64,000 nt of DNA, taken from Candidatus Marinacidobacterium sp. (lineage in GTDB: Bacteria > Acidobacteriota > Vicinamibacteria > Marinacidobacterales > Marinacidobacteraceae). The stretch lies in the NCBI GenBank assembly GCA_965220965.1, contig OZ244852.1, forward strand, positions 288,001-352,000, given 5' to 3'. How positions within the stretch are numbered: the first letter of the stretch is position 1; every line of letters begins with the position of its first letter. Made by a program: the position numbers and the translations under genes. Of this stretch, positions 45,933 to 57,514 are shown piece by piece. The notes beneath the pieces were generated by a model that saw nothing but the letters and a program-made list of their open reading frames with translations, did not search any database and was not told the origin of the DNA.

Positions 45933-46937
45933 TCAGGGGAAACCCTGCGCCCGGCGCAGCTCCTCGACCGTCCCGGCGAGGTCGGCGGGCGGCGGGCGCT
46001 GGAAATGAAGCCGCTCGCCGGTGTGCGGGTGGCGGAAGGCGATCTCGGCGGCGTGCAGGGCGGGGCGGGTGAGACGGCGCAGCGCCGCGCCCGCCACGCC
46101 GCCGCCCCGCCGGGGCGCAGCGGGTCCATAGAGGGCGTCCCCGGCGAGGGGATGGCCGATCCCGGCGAGATGGACGCGCGCCTGGTGCGTCCGCCCGGTG
46201 TGGAGCCGGATGCGGACGAGGGTCACGAGCGGCAGCTCCTCGAGCGGCCAGACTTCGGACTCGGCGTCCCTCGCGTTCTGGCCCCGGCAGCGGTAGCGCT
46301 GCGGCTGTTTCGGGTCCCGTCCGATGGGGTCCCGGAGCACGCGCGCCCGCGCCACGCGTCCAAGGGCCAGCGCGAGGTAGCGCTTCTCGATCTCCCGGCG
46401 CGCGAACGCCTCGGCGAGGCGGAGCCGGACATGCTCCTGGCGGGCCGCGATCAGCAGCCCGCTGGTCCCCCGGTCGAGGCGATGAACCAGCCCGGGGCGG
46501 CCGGGGGGGCCGACGGAGCGGACCTCCGGATACCGGTGGAGAAGTCCGTTCGCCAGGGTTCCGGACGGGTGGCCCGGGCCCGGATGGACGACGAGCCCCG
46601 CCGGCTTGTCGAGCACGACCAGGCCGTCATCCTCGTAGACAACGTCGAGGGGAATCGACTCGGGGGCGATCGCCTGATCCTCGGTCGGAACGCGATCCAG
46701 GGGCGTCTCCGCATCCGTGACCGGACTGATCCGAACGCGCTGTCCGGCGCGGCAGCGGTGGGAGGAACGGCGCGGCTCACCGTCCAGCCGGACCAGACCG
46801 GCCGCGATCCACCGGGCCGCCTCGGTGCGGCTCAGTCGGGGGAGGCGCGCCGCGGCGATGCGATCCAGGCGCTCGCCGTCCTCCTCGGGCGAAACCGCCG
46901 ACTCGAGAACGGTTCCGGAAGTGGCGGCTTTCTCCAG
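45933..46937 (-). CDS. rluD: RluA-family pseudouridine synthase with N-terminal S4 domain
   Basis: KPAGLVVHP, VHRLDRGTSG, TGRTHQ and GDALYG motifs. The frame stays open upstream of the track's 46616 start through GERLDRIAAARLPRLSRTEAARWIAAGLVRLDG (S4) to a CTG at 46937. Confidence 0.88.
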   Translation of the reverse strand: MEKAATSGTVLESAVSPEEDGERLDRIAAARLPRLSRTEAARWIAAGLVRLDGEPRRSSHRCRAGQRVRISPVTDAETPLDRVPTEDQAIAPESIPLDVVYEDDGLVVLDKPAGLVVHPGPGHPSGTLANGLLHRYPEVRSVGPPGRPGLVHRLDRGTSGLLIAARQEHVRLRLAEAFARREIEKRYLALALGRVARARVLRDPIGRDPKQPQRYRCRGQNARDAESEVWPLEELPLVTLVRIRLHTGRTHQARVHLAGIGHPLAGDALYGPAAPRRGGGVAGAALRRLTRPALHAAEIAFRHPHTGERLHFQRPPPADLAGTVEELRRAQGFP

Positions 46938-46938
46938 A

Positions 46939-47730
46939 TCAGACCGTGCGGGTGCGGACGGCGCGAAGCGCGATGAGCGCGGCGAGGAGGATCCAGAGGC
47001 CGGCGAACTGGGATGTGGACAGGAGCCCGTCCAGGACGAAACCGCGAGGGTCGCCGCGCAGGAACTCGACGCCGAAGCGAGCCACTGAATACACGATCGC
47101 CCAGGTGAGGAATAGCTGCCCCTCGAAGCGCCGGCGCGCGGCCATCCAGAGCAGGAGTCCGAAGAGCGCGAACTCGATCCCGGCCTCGTAGAGCTGGGTG
47201 GGGTGGAGCGGAGTGTGGAGCGGGACCCCGGTGACCTGGTTCGCGTACGGGTCGGTGAAGGTGACGGCCGGGAGGCCGTCAGACGGGATCCCGTAACAGC
47301 AGCCGGCGGCGAAGCACCCGAGTCTTCCGATCCCGTGACCCAGCGCGATCGAGGGGGCCATCAGGTCGCCGCCGGTCCAGACCGGGATCCCGCGGGAGCG
47401 GAAGAACCAGATGGAAGCGCCCACGGCGCCCAGCAGGCCGCCGAAGAAGACGCCTCCGGCCCCCAGGAAGCCGAGCGGGTTCCGGAAGAAACCGACCGGA
47501 TCCAGAACGATCAGCAGCGCCTTGGCGCCCACCAGCGCGCCCACGATCAGATAGAGCGCGAGGTCGTAGATGTGCCGGGCCTCGATCCCGTAGCGCCCGG
47601 ACCGACGGGCGGCGAACCAGATTCCGGCGAGGAACCCCGCGAACATGAGGAGCCCGTAGGTGTGCAGGGCGGGGTGGAACGTCCGCCCGAAGAGCTCGAG
47701 CGGTCCGAAATCGACGAGGCGCGGGAACAC
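46939..47730 (-). CDS. lgt: Prolipoprotein diacylglyceryl transferase
   Basis: TYGL, GGVFFGG, GRLGCFAAGCCYG, HPTQLYE and RFGVEFLRGD motifs. Confidence 0.95.
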   Translation of the reverse strand: MFPRLVDFGPLELFGRTFHPALHTYGLLMFAGFLAGIWFAARRSGRYGIEARHIYDLALYLIVGALVGAKALLIVLDPVGFFRNPLGFLGAGGVFFGGLLGAVGASIWFFRSRGIPVWTGGDLMAPSIALGHGIGRLGCFAAGCCYGIPSDGLPAVTFTDPYANQVTGVPLHTPLHPTQLYEAGIEFALFGLLLWMAARRRFEGQLFLTWAIVYSVARFGVEFLRGDPRGFVLDGLLSTSQFAGLWILLAALIALRAVRTRTV

Positions 47731-47743
47731 GGGACTCTCCCCC

Positions 47744-48286
47744 TCAGGAGCCGGCGGCGCGACGGGCGGTTTCGGGCCCGGGTTCGGTCGGGATGCGACG
47801 GAACTCCGCGACGCTCTCGATCACGAGCAGGCCGACGCCGGCGCAGATCGCGGCGTCCGCCACGTTGAACACCGGCCAGTGCGCGTCGCCGATGAACACA
47901 TCGAAGAAGTCCACGACGTAGCCGTAGGAGACCCGGTCCCACATGTTGCCGAGCGCGCCGGCGAGCATCAGGACGATACCCCCTGCGGTCCAGCGGGTCA
48001 GGGGCCCCGAACGCACCGCGAACCACACGATCAGCGCCAGCAGCAGCGCGGAAAACCCGGTCAGCACCCACGCCTTGGAGGCGAACTGGATCCCGTCCAG
48101 CATCCCGAAGGCCATTCCGGTGTTGTGAACCAGCGTGAGCTGGAAGAACCCGGGAACGACCTCGACCGGCGCCCCGAAGCTCAGCGAGTTCGCCGCGAGC
48201 GCCTTGGAGGCGCGGTCAGCGCCCAGCACCCCGAGGAACACGAGCGTCAGGGCCACCCGCCGGGTGGTGCGGGAGGAAGCAGACAA
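47744..48286 (-). CDS. lspA: Lipoprotein signal peptidase II
   Basis: DRASK, NTGMAFG, GALGNMWDR, VVDF and WPVFNVAD motifs; start TTG 48286 or GTG 48256. Confidence 0.94.
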   Translation of the reverse strand: MSASSRTTRRVALTLVFLGVLGADRASKALAANSLSFGAPVEVVPGFFQLTLVHNTGMAFGMLDGIQFASKAWVLTGFSALLLALIVWFAVRSGPLTRWTAGGIVLMLAGALGNMWDRVSYGYVVDFFDVFIGDAHWPVFNVADAAICAGVGLLVIESVAEFRRIPTEPGPETARRAAGS

Positions 48287-48383
48287 CGGAAACGATTCTA
48301 GCCAACGAGCGAAACCTGGTCCCGGGCCGGAGAAGTCGCCTCCGGCTTCCGTACACTCTCCCGCCGCCTTCCCGGGCCCCGCC

Positions 48384-49205
48384 ATGGATTTCACGATTCG
48401 CGACCTCTCGGGCATGGAGGACATGCGGGAGTGCGAAGCTGTCCAGAAGGAAGTCTGGGGCTTCGTGAACCTCGACGTCGTTCCGGCCGGGCTCATGGCG
48501 GTCATGGGCCACTACGGCGCCGTGAACGCCGGCGCCTTCGTCGGGGACCGCATGGCGGGGTTCGTGAGCGGCTTTCCCGGCTATGGGAACGGCGAGGCGT
48601 TCCACCATTCCCACATGCTGGCGGTTCGTCCGGAATATCGCGGCGCGGGGATCGGAATCGCCCTGAAATGGGCCCAGGCGGACCGGGTTCTGGCTCAGGG
48701 CATGCGCCGGATCAACTGGACCTTCGATCCGCTTCAGGCGCGGAACGCGAACCTGAACCTGAACCTCCTCGGCGCGACCTCTTCGGTCTACCGCATCAAC
48801 GTCTACGGCGAGAGCCAGAGCCCCCTGCACGGCGGCATTCCCACCGACCGGCTCGAGCCCGAATGGCGCCTCGACTCGCCCCGGGTGGCGCGCGCCCGCC
48901 GGGGCGAGCTCGCGCCTCCGCCGGGGATCCCCGACCTGCCGCCGGTGAACCGGATCTCCCGCACCCGGACCGGTCTTCAGCGGAGCAGCGACCCGCTGGA
49001 TCCCGACGCGGCCGGGTCCGGCGATCTCCTGTTCTTCGCGCCGGCGTCCATCAATGACATCCTGGCGAAGGACATCGGCCTCGCGATGGACTGGCGGGAA
49101 AAGAGCCGCTCGGCGCTGACGGCGCTGTTCGCCGCCGGCTACCAGGCGGTCTCATTCCATCGCGAGGGAACGCGCGCCGCTTACCGCCTCGTCCGGACCG
49201 ACTGA
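48384..49205 (+). CDS. GNAT-family acyltransferase (COG3375-like; possible D-amino acid N-succinyltransferase)
   Basis: HSHMLAVRPEYRGAGIGIALK..Q, WTFDPLQARNA.LNL..LGA, N.YG and TDRL..EW motifs. Confidence 0.8.
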   Translation: MDFTIRDLSGMEDMRECEAVQKEVWGFVNLDVVPAGLMAVMGHYGAVNAGAFVGDRMAGFVSGFPGYGNGEAFHHSHMLAVRPEYRGAGIGIALKWAQADRVLAQGMRRINWTFDPLQARNANLNLNLLGATSSVYRINVYGESQSPLHGGIPTDRLEPEWRLDSPRVARARRGELAPPPGIPDLPPVNRISRTRTGLQRSSDPLDPDAAGSGDLLFFAPASINDILAKDIGLAMDWREKSRSALTALFAAGYQAVSFHREGTRAAYRLVRTD

Positions 49206-50003
49206 GGCAACTTCCTCGCTGGCGGCCGAAGCCGGCTGCGTCCAGCGGGGACGGCGCTTTTCGAGGAACGCGCGCATCCCCTCCCGGGCGTCCGGTTCGA
49301 CAGCGTTCGCGCACATCACCGAGGCCATCGCGCGGTAAGCGTCGCCCAGCGGCAGCTCGAACTGGCGGTGGAAGGCGCGCTTTCCGAGGGCGACCACGAA
49401 CGGGCTCGCTTCCGCGATCCGCCCGGCGAAGCCCTGGCACGCTTCCTCGAGCTGGTCCTCGGGAACGACCCGGTTCACGAGGCCCCAGGCGAGCGCGGTG
49501 GGGGCGTCCACAAACTCTCCCGTGAGCAGCATTTCCATCGACCGCTTTCGACCGATCGTCCGGCTGAGCGGGACCATCGGCGTCGAGCAGAAGAGCCCGA
49601 TCCGCACGCCGGGCGTCGCGAAGCGGGCGGTCTCCGACGCCACCGCCAGGTCGCAGGCCGCCACCAGTTGACAGCCGGCGGCGGTGGCGACGCCGCGGAC
49701 CTCGGCGATCACCGGTTGCGGGATCTCCCGCAGGGTGTCCATGAGCCGGTGGCAGGTCTCGAAAACGCGGCGCTGCTCTTCAAGGGGAGCGTCCGCCATC
49801 TCCGCCAGGTCGTGACCAGCGGAAAACACCCTCTCGCCGCCGGCGAGGATCACGGCGCGCACTCCCTCCCTCGCGGAGGCGCTCTCCAGCGCCTCCGAGA
49901 GGCGCTCCATCATCGCGGTCGAGAGCGCGTTGCGCTTCTCGGGCCACGCCATCTCGACGCGCGCCGCCGGCCCCTGGACGGCGATGCGGACGGCCTCAGG
50001 CAT
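49152..50003 (-). CDS. Enoyl-CoA hydratase/isomerase family protein
   Basis: KRNALS, FSAGHDL, ATAAGCQLVAACDL, FATPGV.IGLFC and EGMRAFLEKR motifs. Confidence 0.92.
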   Translation of the reverse strand: MPEAVRIAVQGPAARVEMAWPEKRNALSTAMMERLSEALESASAREGVRAVILAGGERVFSAGHDLAEMADAPLEEQRRVFETCHRLMDTLREIPQPVIAEVRGVATAAGCQLVAACDLAVASETARFATPGVRIGLFCSTPMVPLSRTIGRKRSMEMLLTGEFVDAPTALAWGLVNRVVPEDQLEEACQGFAGRIAEASPFVVALGKRAFHRQFELPLGDAYRAMASVMCANAVEPDAREGMRAFLEKRRPRWTQPASAASEEVASVGPDEAVSGARSLAME

Positions 50004-51477
50004 CCTGGCTGCGCCCGGCCGGCTCGAGGAACGGCGCGACGCGCTCCGGGTCCGGGCGCTGAGTCAGGAGGCTTCCCGCGATCAGGCCCACCAGCGACGC
50101 GACCGCGGCCGGGTAGATCACGTAGTCGTAGTCCGTGGGAAGAAACCCGACCCGGTCCACCCCGGCGGAGTTCAGCGCGGCGAAGACGAGGGTGGCCCCG
50201 ATCCCCGCCGAGACCGACAGGACGCCTCCCGCCGGCGTCGCCCGGCGCCAGAGGAAGGCGGCGAGCAGGGCGGGGGTGACCGCGGCGCCGACCATGGTGT
50301 AGGCATAGAGCGCCATGTCCAGGATGCTCTCGAACCAGGTCGTGATGACCAGGGCCAGACCCGCGAGGCCGACCATGGAAAGGCGCTGGAAGCGGATCAC
50401 CTGGCTGGAGTCCGCCTGCGGGCGCACGAAGCGCTGGTAGACGTCGCGCGCCAGCCCGGTGGAGGGCACGAGCAGGAAGGTGGTGGCCGTCGAGAAGATG
50501 ATCGCGACCGCCCCGGCGAGCAGCAGGCATCCGGCGAGCGTCGGCAGTCCGTGGCGCGCGAATTCCAGCAGCACCGTCTCGGTGGCCGCCGTCTGGAACT
50601 CGCCTCCGGAGCGGAACACCGGGTTGTCCCAGTTGCCGGCGGCCGCGAACACCGCGGTGGCGACGATCAGGACCTCGACCACGATGACCCCCGCGATCAT
50701 TCCCAGGACCGCCTTTCGCGCCGCGGCGCCCGATTCCGCCGCGTAGAACTTCTGGTACATGCCGCTCTCTCCAAGGAGGAGCAGCATCGTCGGCAGGAAG
50801 AGGCCGAGGGCGGCCGAGATTCCCAGCCTGCCGGTGAGCGTGAAGTGGGTCTCCGGGAGGACCGCGGTCAATCCGGCGCCTCCGCCGGCGTTGAAGAAGG
50901 CGATGGGCGCGGCGACCAGAATGCTCGCGAGGATGATGACCCCGTTCACCACATCGAGGCGCACCACCGAGAGCATGCCGGCGCTGACGGCGAACAGCGT
51001 GACGAGCGCGGCGACGATCGCCATCCCGACCGCGGGATCGAGTCCGGGAAACAGGATGGCGAGCAGCCGCCCTCCGCCCACGAACTGGTAGCCGGCGATC
51101 GTGAGGTAGGCGATCGCGATGGCGGTCGTGCCGAGAACGCGCGCCGCCGGGTGGTAGCGCCGTTCCAGCAGGTCGGGGACGGTGTACTCGGCGATCCGCC
51201 GAACCCTGGCGGCGAGGAAGAAGACGACCGCGATGCCGATCCACGCGCCGGCGCTCATCCACAGCGCCGAAAAGCCCTCGCGAAATGCGCGTCCGGCGCC
51301 GCCGAACAGACTCCCGGAACCGATCCAGGTGCACACCAGGGTTCCGACCAGAATCTGCCAGCGGACCGAACGGCCCGCCACCATGAAGTCGTCCTGGGTG
51401 GCGATGCTCCGCCTTCGCCGCAGCGCGAGAAAGACGAGGAGGCCGAGATAACCCGCCACCGTGACGATGTAGATCAC
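49996..51477 (-). CDS. Sodium:solute symporter family protein
   Basis: DDFMVAGRS, TWIGSGS and TVPDLLERRY motifs; about 13 TM helices; GTGA overlap with the prmC stop. Confidence 0.9.
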   Translation of the reverse strand: MIYIVTVAGYLGLLVFLALRRRRSIATQDDFMVAGRSVRWQILVGTLVCTWIGSGSLFGGAGRAFREGFSALWMSAGAWIGIAVVFFLAARVRRIAEYTVPDLLERRYHPAARVLGTTAIAIAYLTIAGYQFVGGGRLLAILFPGLDPAVGMAIVAALVTLFAVSAGMLSVVRLDVVNGVIILASILVAAPIAFFNAGGGAGLTAVLPETHFTLTGRLGISAALGLFLPTMLLLLGESGMYQKFYAAESGAAARKAVLGMIAGVIVVEVLIVATAVFAAAGNWDNPVFRSGGEFQTAATETVLLEFARHGLPTLAGCLLLAGAVAIIFSTATTFLLVPSTGLARDVYQRFVRPQADSSQVIRFQRLSMVGLAGLALVITTWFESILDMALYAYTMVGAAVTPALLAAFLWRRATPAGGVLSVSAGIGATLVFAALNSAGVDRVGFLPTDYDYVIYPAAVASLVGLIAGSLLTQRPDPERVAPFLEPAGRSQDA

Positions 51478-52415
51478 GGCGTCGATGCTACCGGAGCCGC
51501 GGAGAGCACCCGCCACACGCCGGCGAGGTCCCGCCGGGCCCGGAGCCCGCCGAATCCGGCGGCGCGGAGGAGCCGGACGGCCGGCGCTCGCTGGCCGGCG
51601 CCGATTTCCACGAAGAGCCGGCCGCCGGGCCGGAGGGCGCGGGCGGCCATGGGGAGGAGGCGACGCAGGGGCTCGAGTCCGTCCCGGCCGCCGGCGAGCG
51701 CGAGGCGGGGCTCGTGATCCGCCACTTCGGGCTCGAGGGTCGCGATCTCCGCGTCGGGGATGTAAGGGAGATTCGCCGCCACCAGGTCGAGCGAAGCGGG
51801 GCGCGCCGGGGTCAACAGATCGGCGCGGACCGGCCAGACCCGCGAAGCGAGCCCGGTGGAGACCGCGTTCCTCGCCGCCAGCCGGAGCGCCGGGGCCGAG
51901 ACATCCAGCATCAGAACGCTGGCGCCGGCGATCCCCGAGGCCAGCGCGAGCGCGATCCCGCCGGCGCCGGCGCCCACGTCGGCGATGCGGCGCGGCGCGG
52001 TGGGTTCGCCCCGGGCCCATTCGATGGCGGCCTCCACCAGGATCTCGCTCTCGGGGCGCGGGATCAGGGCTGCGGGGCCCACCGCCAGATCGAGGCCGAA
52101 GAACTCCACGGACCCGACGAGATGCTGCAGGGGACGGCGCGCCGCCCGCTCCCGGACGAGCCGCCGGAACTCGCGGCGCCCGGCGGCGAAGGAGCGGGCG
52201 GCGGCCGCCGGAGTGCGTTCGCCGGCGAAGGCGGTCAGTTCGGCGGCTGACCAGCCGAGGGTGTGGCGCAGCAGGAGCCGGGCGTCGAAGCCGGGTGAGG
52301 GAACGCCGGCCTCGGTGAGCCGCCGCTCCGCGGCGCGAAGGGCTCCGGTGATCGGGTCCGGCGCGGCGGTATCGCGCGCGTCCGGCGGCCCGCCGCGGCC
52401 CTTCCCGGAGGCCAA
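51474..52415 (-). CDS. prmC: Release factor glutamine methyltransferase
   Basis: PLQHLVG, LIPRPESE, DVGAGAG, NLPY and EP..AL.GG.DGL motifs; downstream of prfA. Confidence 0.93.
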   Translation of the reverse strand: MASGKGRGGPPDARDTAAPDPITGALRAAERRLTEAGVPSPGFDARLLLRHTLGWSAAELTAFAGERTPAAAARSFAAGRREFRRLVRERAARRPLQHLVGSVEFFGLDLAVGPAALIPRPESEILVEAAIEWARGEPTAPRRIADVGAGAGGIALALASGIAGASVLMLDVSAPALRLAARNAVSTGLASRVWPVRADLLTPARPASLDLVAANLPYIPDAEIATLEPEVADHEPRLALAGGRDGLEPLRRLLPMAARALRPGGRLFVEIGAGQRAPAVRLLRAAGFGGLRARRDLAGVWRVLSAAPVASTP

Positions 52416-52426
52416 GCGGTCCGCTC

Positions 52427-53536
52427 TCAGCCGTCCGGCGCCTGGGCGGCCAGGCGCTCGCTCTGCTCCCTGGCCCGGAGCGGTTCGATCAGCGGATCCA
52501 GCTCTCCCCGGAGCACGGCCGGCAGCGAGTGGAGGGTGAGCGAGATCCGATGGTCGGTGATCCGGTTCTCCTTGAAGTTGTAGGTGCGGATCTTCTCGCT
52601 TCGATCCCCGCGCCCGACCTGCCCGCGGCGCGTCTCGGCGACCCGGTCGCGTTCCTGCTGGCGCGCGAGGTCGAAGAGGCGGGACTTCAGCACCCGCAGC
52701 GCCTTGGCCTTGTTCTTGACCTGGGACTTCTCGTCCTGACAGCTCACCACCAGCCCCGAGGGCAGGTGGGTGATGCGAACCGCCGAGTAGGTCGTATTGA
52801 CCGACTGCCCTCCCGGCCCCGACGAGCAGAAGGTGTCGATCCGCAGGTCCTTCGGCTCCAGGGTGACCTCCACGTCCTCGGCCTCCGGCAGGACCGCCAC
52901 CGTAACCGCCGAGGTGTGGATCCGTCCCGACGCCTCGGTGGCCGGCACCCGCTGAACCCGGTGGACTCCGCTCTCGAACTTGAGACGGCTGAACGCTCCC
53001 CGCCCCTCGATCACCGCGACGACCTCCTTCAGGCCTCCCACCGGCGTCTCCTGCGCCGAGACCACGTCGATGCGGTAGCCGCGCGACCTGCCGTACTGCT
53101 CGTACATCCGGAACACCTCGCGGGCGAAGAGCGCCGCCTCGTCACCCCCGGTCCCGGCGCGGACCTCCAGCAGCACGTTGCGTTCGTCGTCCGGGTCCTT
53201 CGGAACCAGCAGGCGCGCCAGCTCCCGCCCGAGCGCTTCGAGTTCGCTCCGGACGTCCTCCCCCTCCTCGGCGGCGAGCTCCCGAACGTCCGGATCGGGG
53301 TCCGCTTTGAGTTCCTCGGCGTCCGCCAGCCGTTCGTCGAGGCGTCGTTTGCGCTCGGCGGCCTCGATCAGCGGGCCGAGTTCCGAATGGGTTCGCGACA
53401 GCCGCCGGAGCTGCACGGGATCCGAAAGAACCTCGGGAGTCCCCAGCAGACCGGTCACCTCGTGGTACCGCGCCTCGGCGGCGGCGAGCGAGCGCTCCAT
53501 CCACGCCTCGGAAGCGGAGGAAAGGGTTCGGCTCAT
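52427..53536 (-). CDS. prfA: Peptide chain release factor 1
   Basis: [11 protein letters not shown] specificity tripeptide, GGQ and RSEKIRTYN motifs. Confidence 0.97.
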   Translation of the reverse strand: MSRTLSSASEAWMERSLAAAEARYHEVTGLLGTPEVLSDPVQLRRLSRTHSELGPLIEAAERKRRLDERLADAEELKADPDPDVRELAAEEGEDVRSELEALGRELARLLVPKDPDDERNVLLEVRAGTGGDEAALFAREVFRMYEQYGRSRGYRIDVVSAQETPVGGLKEVVAVIEGRGAFSRLKFESGVHRVQRVPATEASGRIHTSAVTVAVLPEAEDVEVTLEPKDLRIDTFCSSGPGGQSVNTTYSAVRITHLPSGLVVSCQDEKSQVKNKAKALRVLKSRLFDLARQQERDRVAETRRGQVGRGDRSEKIRTYNFKENRITDHRISLTLHSLPAVLRGELDPLIEPLRAREQSERLAAQAPDG

Positions 53537-53641
53537 CGTGGTTCGCGGAGAACGGGCGGCCGGATCCGCGAAGTCCCATCGCGACCGGCGGGACGCCCCG
53601 ACGATACGACATCCGGCCGGGGGGCCGGGATGGGGGGTGGA

Positions 53642-53881
53642 CTATTCGGCGGCGGCCGAACGCGAGGCCCGGCGGGAGCGGACTTCGCCGTACTTCTGGC
53701 GGAAGCGCTCGACGCGCCCGGTAGAGTCCACGATCCGCTGCTTGCCGGTGAAGAACGGGTGGCAGCTCGAGCAGATCTCCAGCCGGAGGTCGGTCTTGCG
53801 GGTCGAGCGGGTTTCGAACTTCGTCCCGCAGGCGCAGGTCACCTGGATCTCGTGGTATTCCGGGTGGATCTCGGCGCGCAT
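53642..53881 (-). CDS. rpmE: 50S ribosomal protein L31 (zinc-binding type)
   Basis: IHPEY, CACG...[10 protein letters not shown] and GRVERF motifs. Confidence 0.96.
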   Translation of the reverse strand: MRAEIHPEYHEIQVTCACGTKFETRSTRKTDLRLEICSSCHPFFTGKQRIVDSTGRVERFRQKYGEVRSRRASRSAAAE

Positions 53882-53912
53882 GGCGGCGGGGAGTCTAACG
53901 ATTCCTGGGCAG

Positions 53913-55261
<1,349 letters not shown>

Positions 55262-55265
<4 letters not shown>

Positions 55266-55975
55266 CGCCACGCCCGCACTTCGTCACCGATGAGACGCCG
55301 CACTCCGCCGATTCCGGAGCGCGCCGGGCCAACCAGCTTGCGGGTCCCGTCCCGGGTCGAGCAGGCGATCACCGGCGCGTCTCCGCCGCCGTACGCCGCC
55401 TCCAGGAGCCGGATGCGTCGGGACGCCTCCGAGCGCCGCAGCTTGTCCATCTTCATCGCCACCACCGCCACCCGGCGACCCGTCCCCCGCAACAGATCGA
55501 ACGCCCGGCGATCCATCGGAAGCGGATCGCGCCGGGGGTCCACCAGCAGGAGGTTCAGCGCCAGGCAATCGCGGCCGGTGAGGTAGGCGAGGATCAGACC
55601 CTCCCAGGTGGCCCGCAGGTCGCCCGCGACCCGGGCGAAACCGTAGCCGGGCAGGTCCACGAAGCGGTGACTCGATCCGATCTGGAAGAAGTTCAGCGTG
55701 CGAGTGCGACCGGGAGTGCGCGAGACATGGGCGAGACCGCGACGTCCGGCGAGCCGGTTCAGCAGGCTCGACTTGCCCACGTTGGACCGGCCCACGAATG
55801 CGACTTCGGGAAGCGTAGGCGGCGGGAAACCGTCGGGCGAGGAGGCGCTCCCGAGGAAGGAGACCACATCGACCTTCGGCCTCTTCCGCTGAGCAGCCTG
55901 CTCCGTCCCTGGAAGCGGAACCCCGGCCGCATCATCCGGCCCCGGACCGGGGTGTCGGCCGGACCCGTTCGGCAT
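55262..55975 (-). CDS. engB: Ribosome biogenesis GTPase YihA/YsxC
   Basis: GRSNVGKSS, SRTPGRT, DLPGYG and KMDK motifs. Confidence 0.93.
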
Positions 55976-56016
55976 GCGGAGTTCGGGCGGGGAGGAGGGG
56001 CTAGCCCGGACGCCGG

Positions 56017-57342
56017 TCAGCCGGCCTTCTGGGAGAGGATGGTGACCGGGGCCGAGCCGCCGACCACGAACTCGCGGGTGATGACGACTTCCTGGATCTC
56101 CTTGCGGGAGGGCAGGTCGTACATGAGATCGAGCATCAGATCCTCGATGATCATCCGGAGCCCGCGGGCGCCGAGGTCCCGCTCCGCGGCGCGGCGGGCG
56201 ATTTCCGCGAGGGCGTCGTCGGTGAACCGCAGCTCGACTCCCTCCTCGCGGAGCAGAGCCTGGTACTGCTTCACGATCGCGTTCTTCGGCTCGGTCATGA
56301 TCCGGACGAGCTCGGCCTGGCCCAGATGCCTGAGGCCGGCGACGACCGGGAGGCGTCCCACGAACTCGGGAATCAGGCCGTAGCGGATGAAGTCGGTGGG
56401 CTGGACCAGGTGCAGGGTGGCGGCGCGCCGCGCCCGCGCGCTGTCCGGGACCTCGGCGCCGAATCCCAGCGCGCGGCGGCCGACGCGGCGCTCGATGATG
56501 GACTCCAGCCCGACGAAGGCCCCTCCGCAAACGAACAGGATGTTGGCCGTGTCGATCTGATGGAACTCCTGGTGCGGATGCTTCCGGCCCCCCTGTGGCG
56601 GCACGCTGGCCACCGTTCCCTCGATGATCTTCAGGAGCGCCTGCTGCACGCCCTCGCCGGATACGTCCCGGGTGATCGAAGGGTTCTCGTCCTTCCGGCA
56701 GACCTTGTCGATCTCGTCCACGTAGATGATGCCCTCCTGGGCGCGGGCGATGTCGTCGTCCGCCGCCTGGAGCAGCTTGAGCAGGATGTTCTCCACGTCC
56801 TCGCCGACATACCCCGCCTCGGTGAGCGTCGTGGCGTCCACGATCGTGAACGGCACGTCCAGAATCCGCGCGAGGGTCTGGGCGAGCAGCGTCTTGCCGG
56901 AGCCCGTCTCGCCGACGAGGAGCACGTTGCTCTTCGTGAGCTCGACGCCGTCCGGCCCGTCGCCGTCACCGCGTCGCAGACGGATCCGCTTGCCGTGGTT
57001 GTAGACGGCCACCGCCAGCTTCTTCTTCGCCTCCTCCTGCCCGATGACGTAGTCGTCCAGACGCGATTTGATCTGCTCGGGCGTGAGGTCCGGGCGGCGG
57101 GGCTTCGCCGGGCGACCGGCGGCGCTTCGCGGCGAGCGGGCCCGCTCGGCGATGATGTCGTTGCAGATCGCCACGCATTCGTCGCAGATGAAGATCCGCC
57201 CGGGGCCGGCGATCAGGACCACCGAGCCCTGCTGCTTGTTACAGAACGAACAGGTCAGCGTCCGGTCGGAGCCCCCGCGGCCCGAGCCCTTGCCCCCGCC
57301 GGACGCGGTCGGAGTCCTGGGAGGCTGCTTGCCGCTCGTCAT
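56017..57342 (-). CDS. clpX: ATP-dependent Clp protease ATP-binding subunit
   Basis: CSFC...CDEC zinc finger, [27 protein letters not shown] and LGF loop motifs. Confidence 0.97.
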   Translation of the reverse strand: MTSGKQPPRTPTASGGGKGSGRGGSDRTLTCSFCNKQQGSVVLIAGPGRIFICDECVAICNDIIAERARSPRSAAGRPAKPRRPDLTPEQIKSRLDDYVIGQEEAKKKLAVAVYNHGKRIRLRRGDGDGPDGVELTKSNVLLVGETGSGKTLLAQTLARILDVPFTIVDATTLTEAGYVGEDVENILLKLLQAADDDIARAQEGIIYVDEIDKVCRKDENPSITRDVSGEGVQQALLKIIEGTVASVPPQGGRKHPHQEFHQIDTANILFVCGGAFVGLESIIERRVGRRALGFGAEVPDSARARRAATLHLVQPTDFIRYGLIPEFVGRLPVVAGLRHLGQAELVRIMTEPKNAIVKQYQALLREEGVELRFTDDALAEIARRAAERDLGARGLRMIIEDLMLDLMYDLPSRKEIQEVVITREFVVGGSAPVTILSQKAG

Positions 57343-57476
57343 GGGGCCGGAAAGGGCCGTCCGGCCGGGACCGGACCCGCAACACCGCGACCGGGGGCCG
57401 CGACCCGCCCTTCACTCACGGGAAATTCTAGCCAGCGGACGGTCGCCGGCGGGTCGTCGGAGCCGGGCGCCAGGAC

Positions 57477-57514
57477 ATCGGCGGTGTGGGGAATCGGCGG
57501 TGTGGGGAATCGGC
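57477..57514. repeat. 16-bp tandem repeat (about 2.4 copies) directly after the clpP stop
   Basis: ATCGGCGGTGTGGGGA twice, followed by ATCGGC. Confidence 0.85.
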
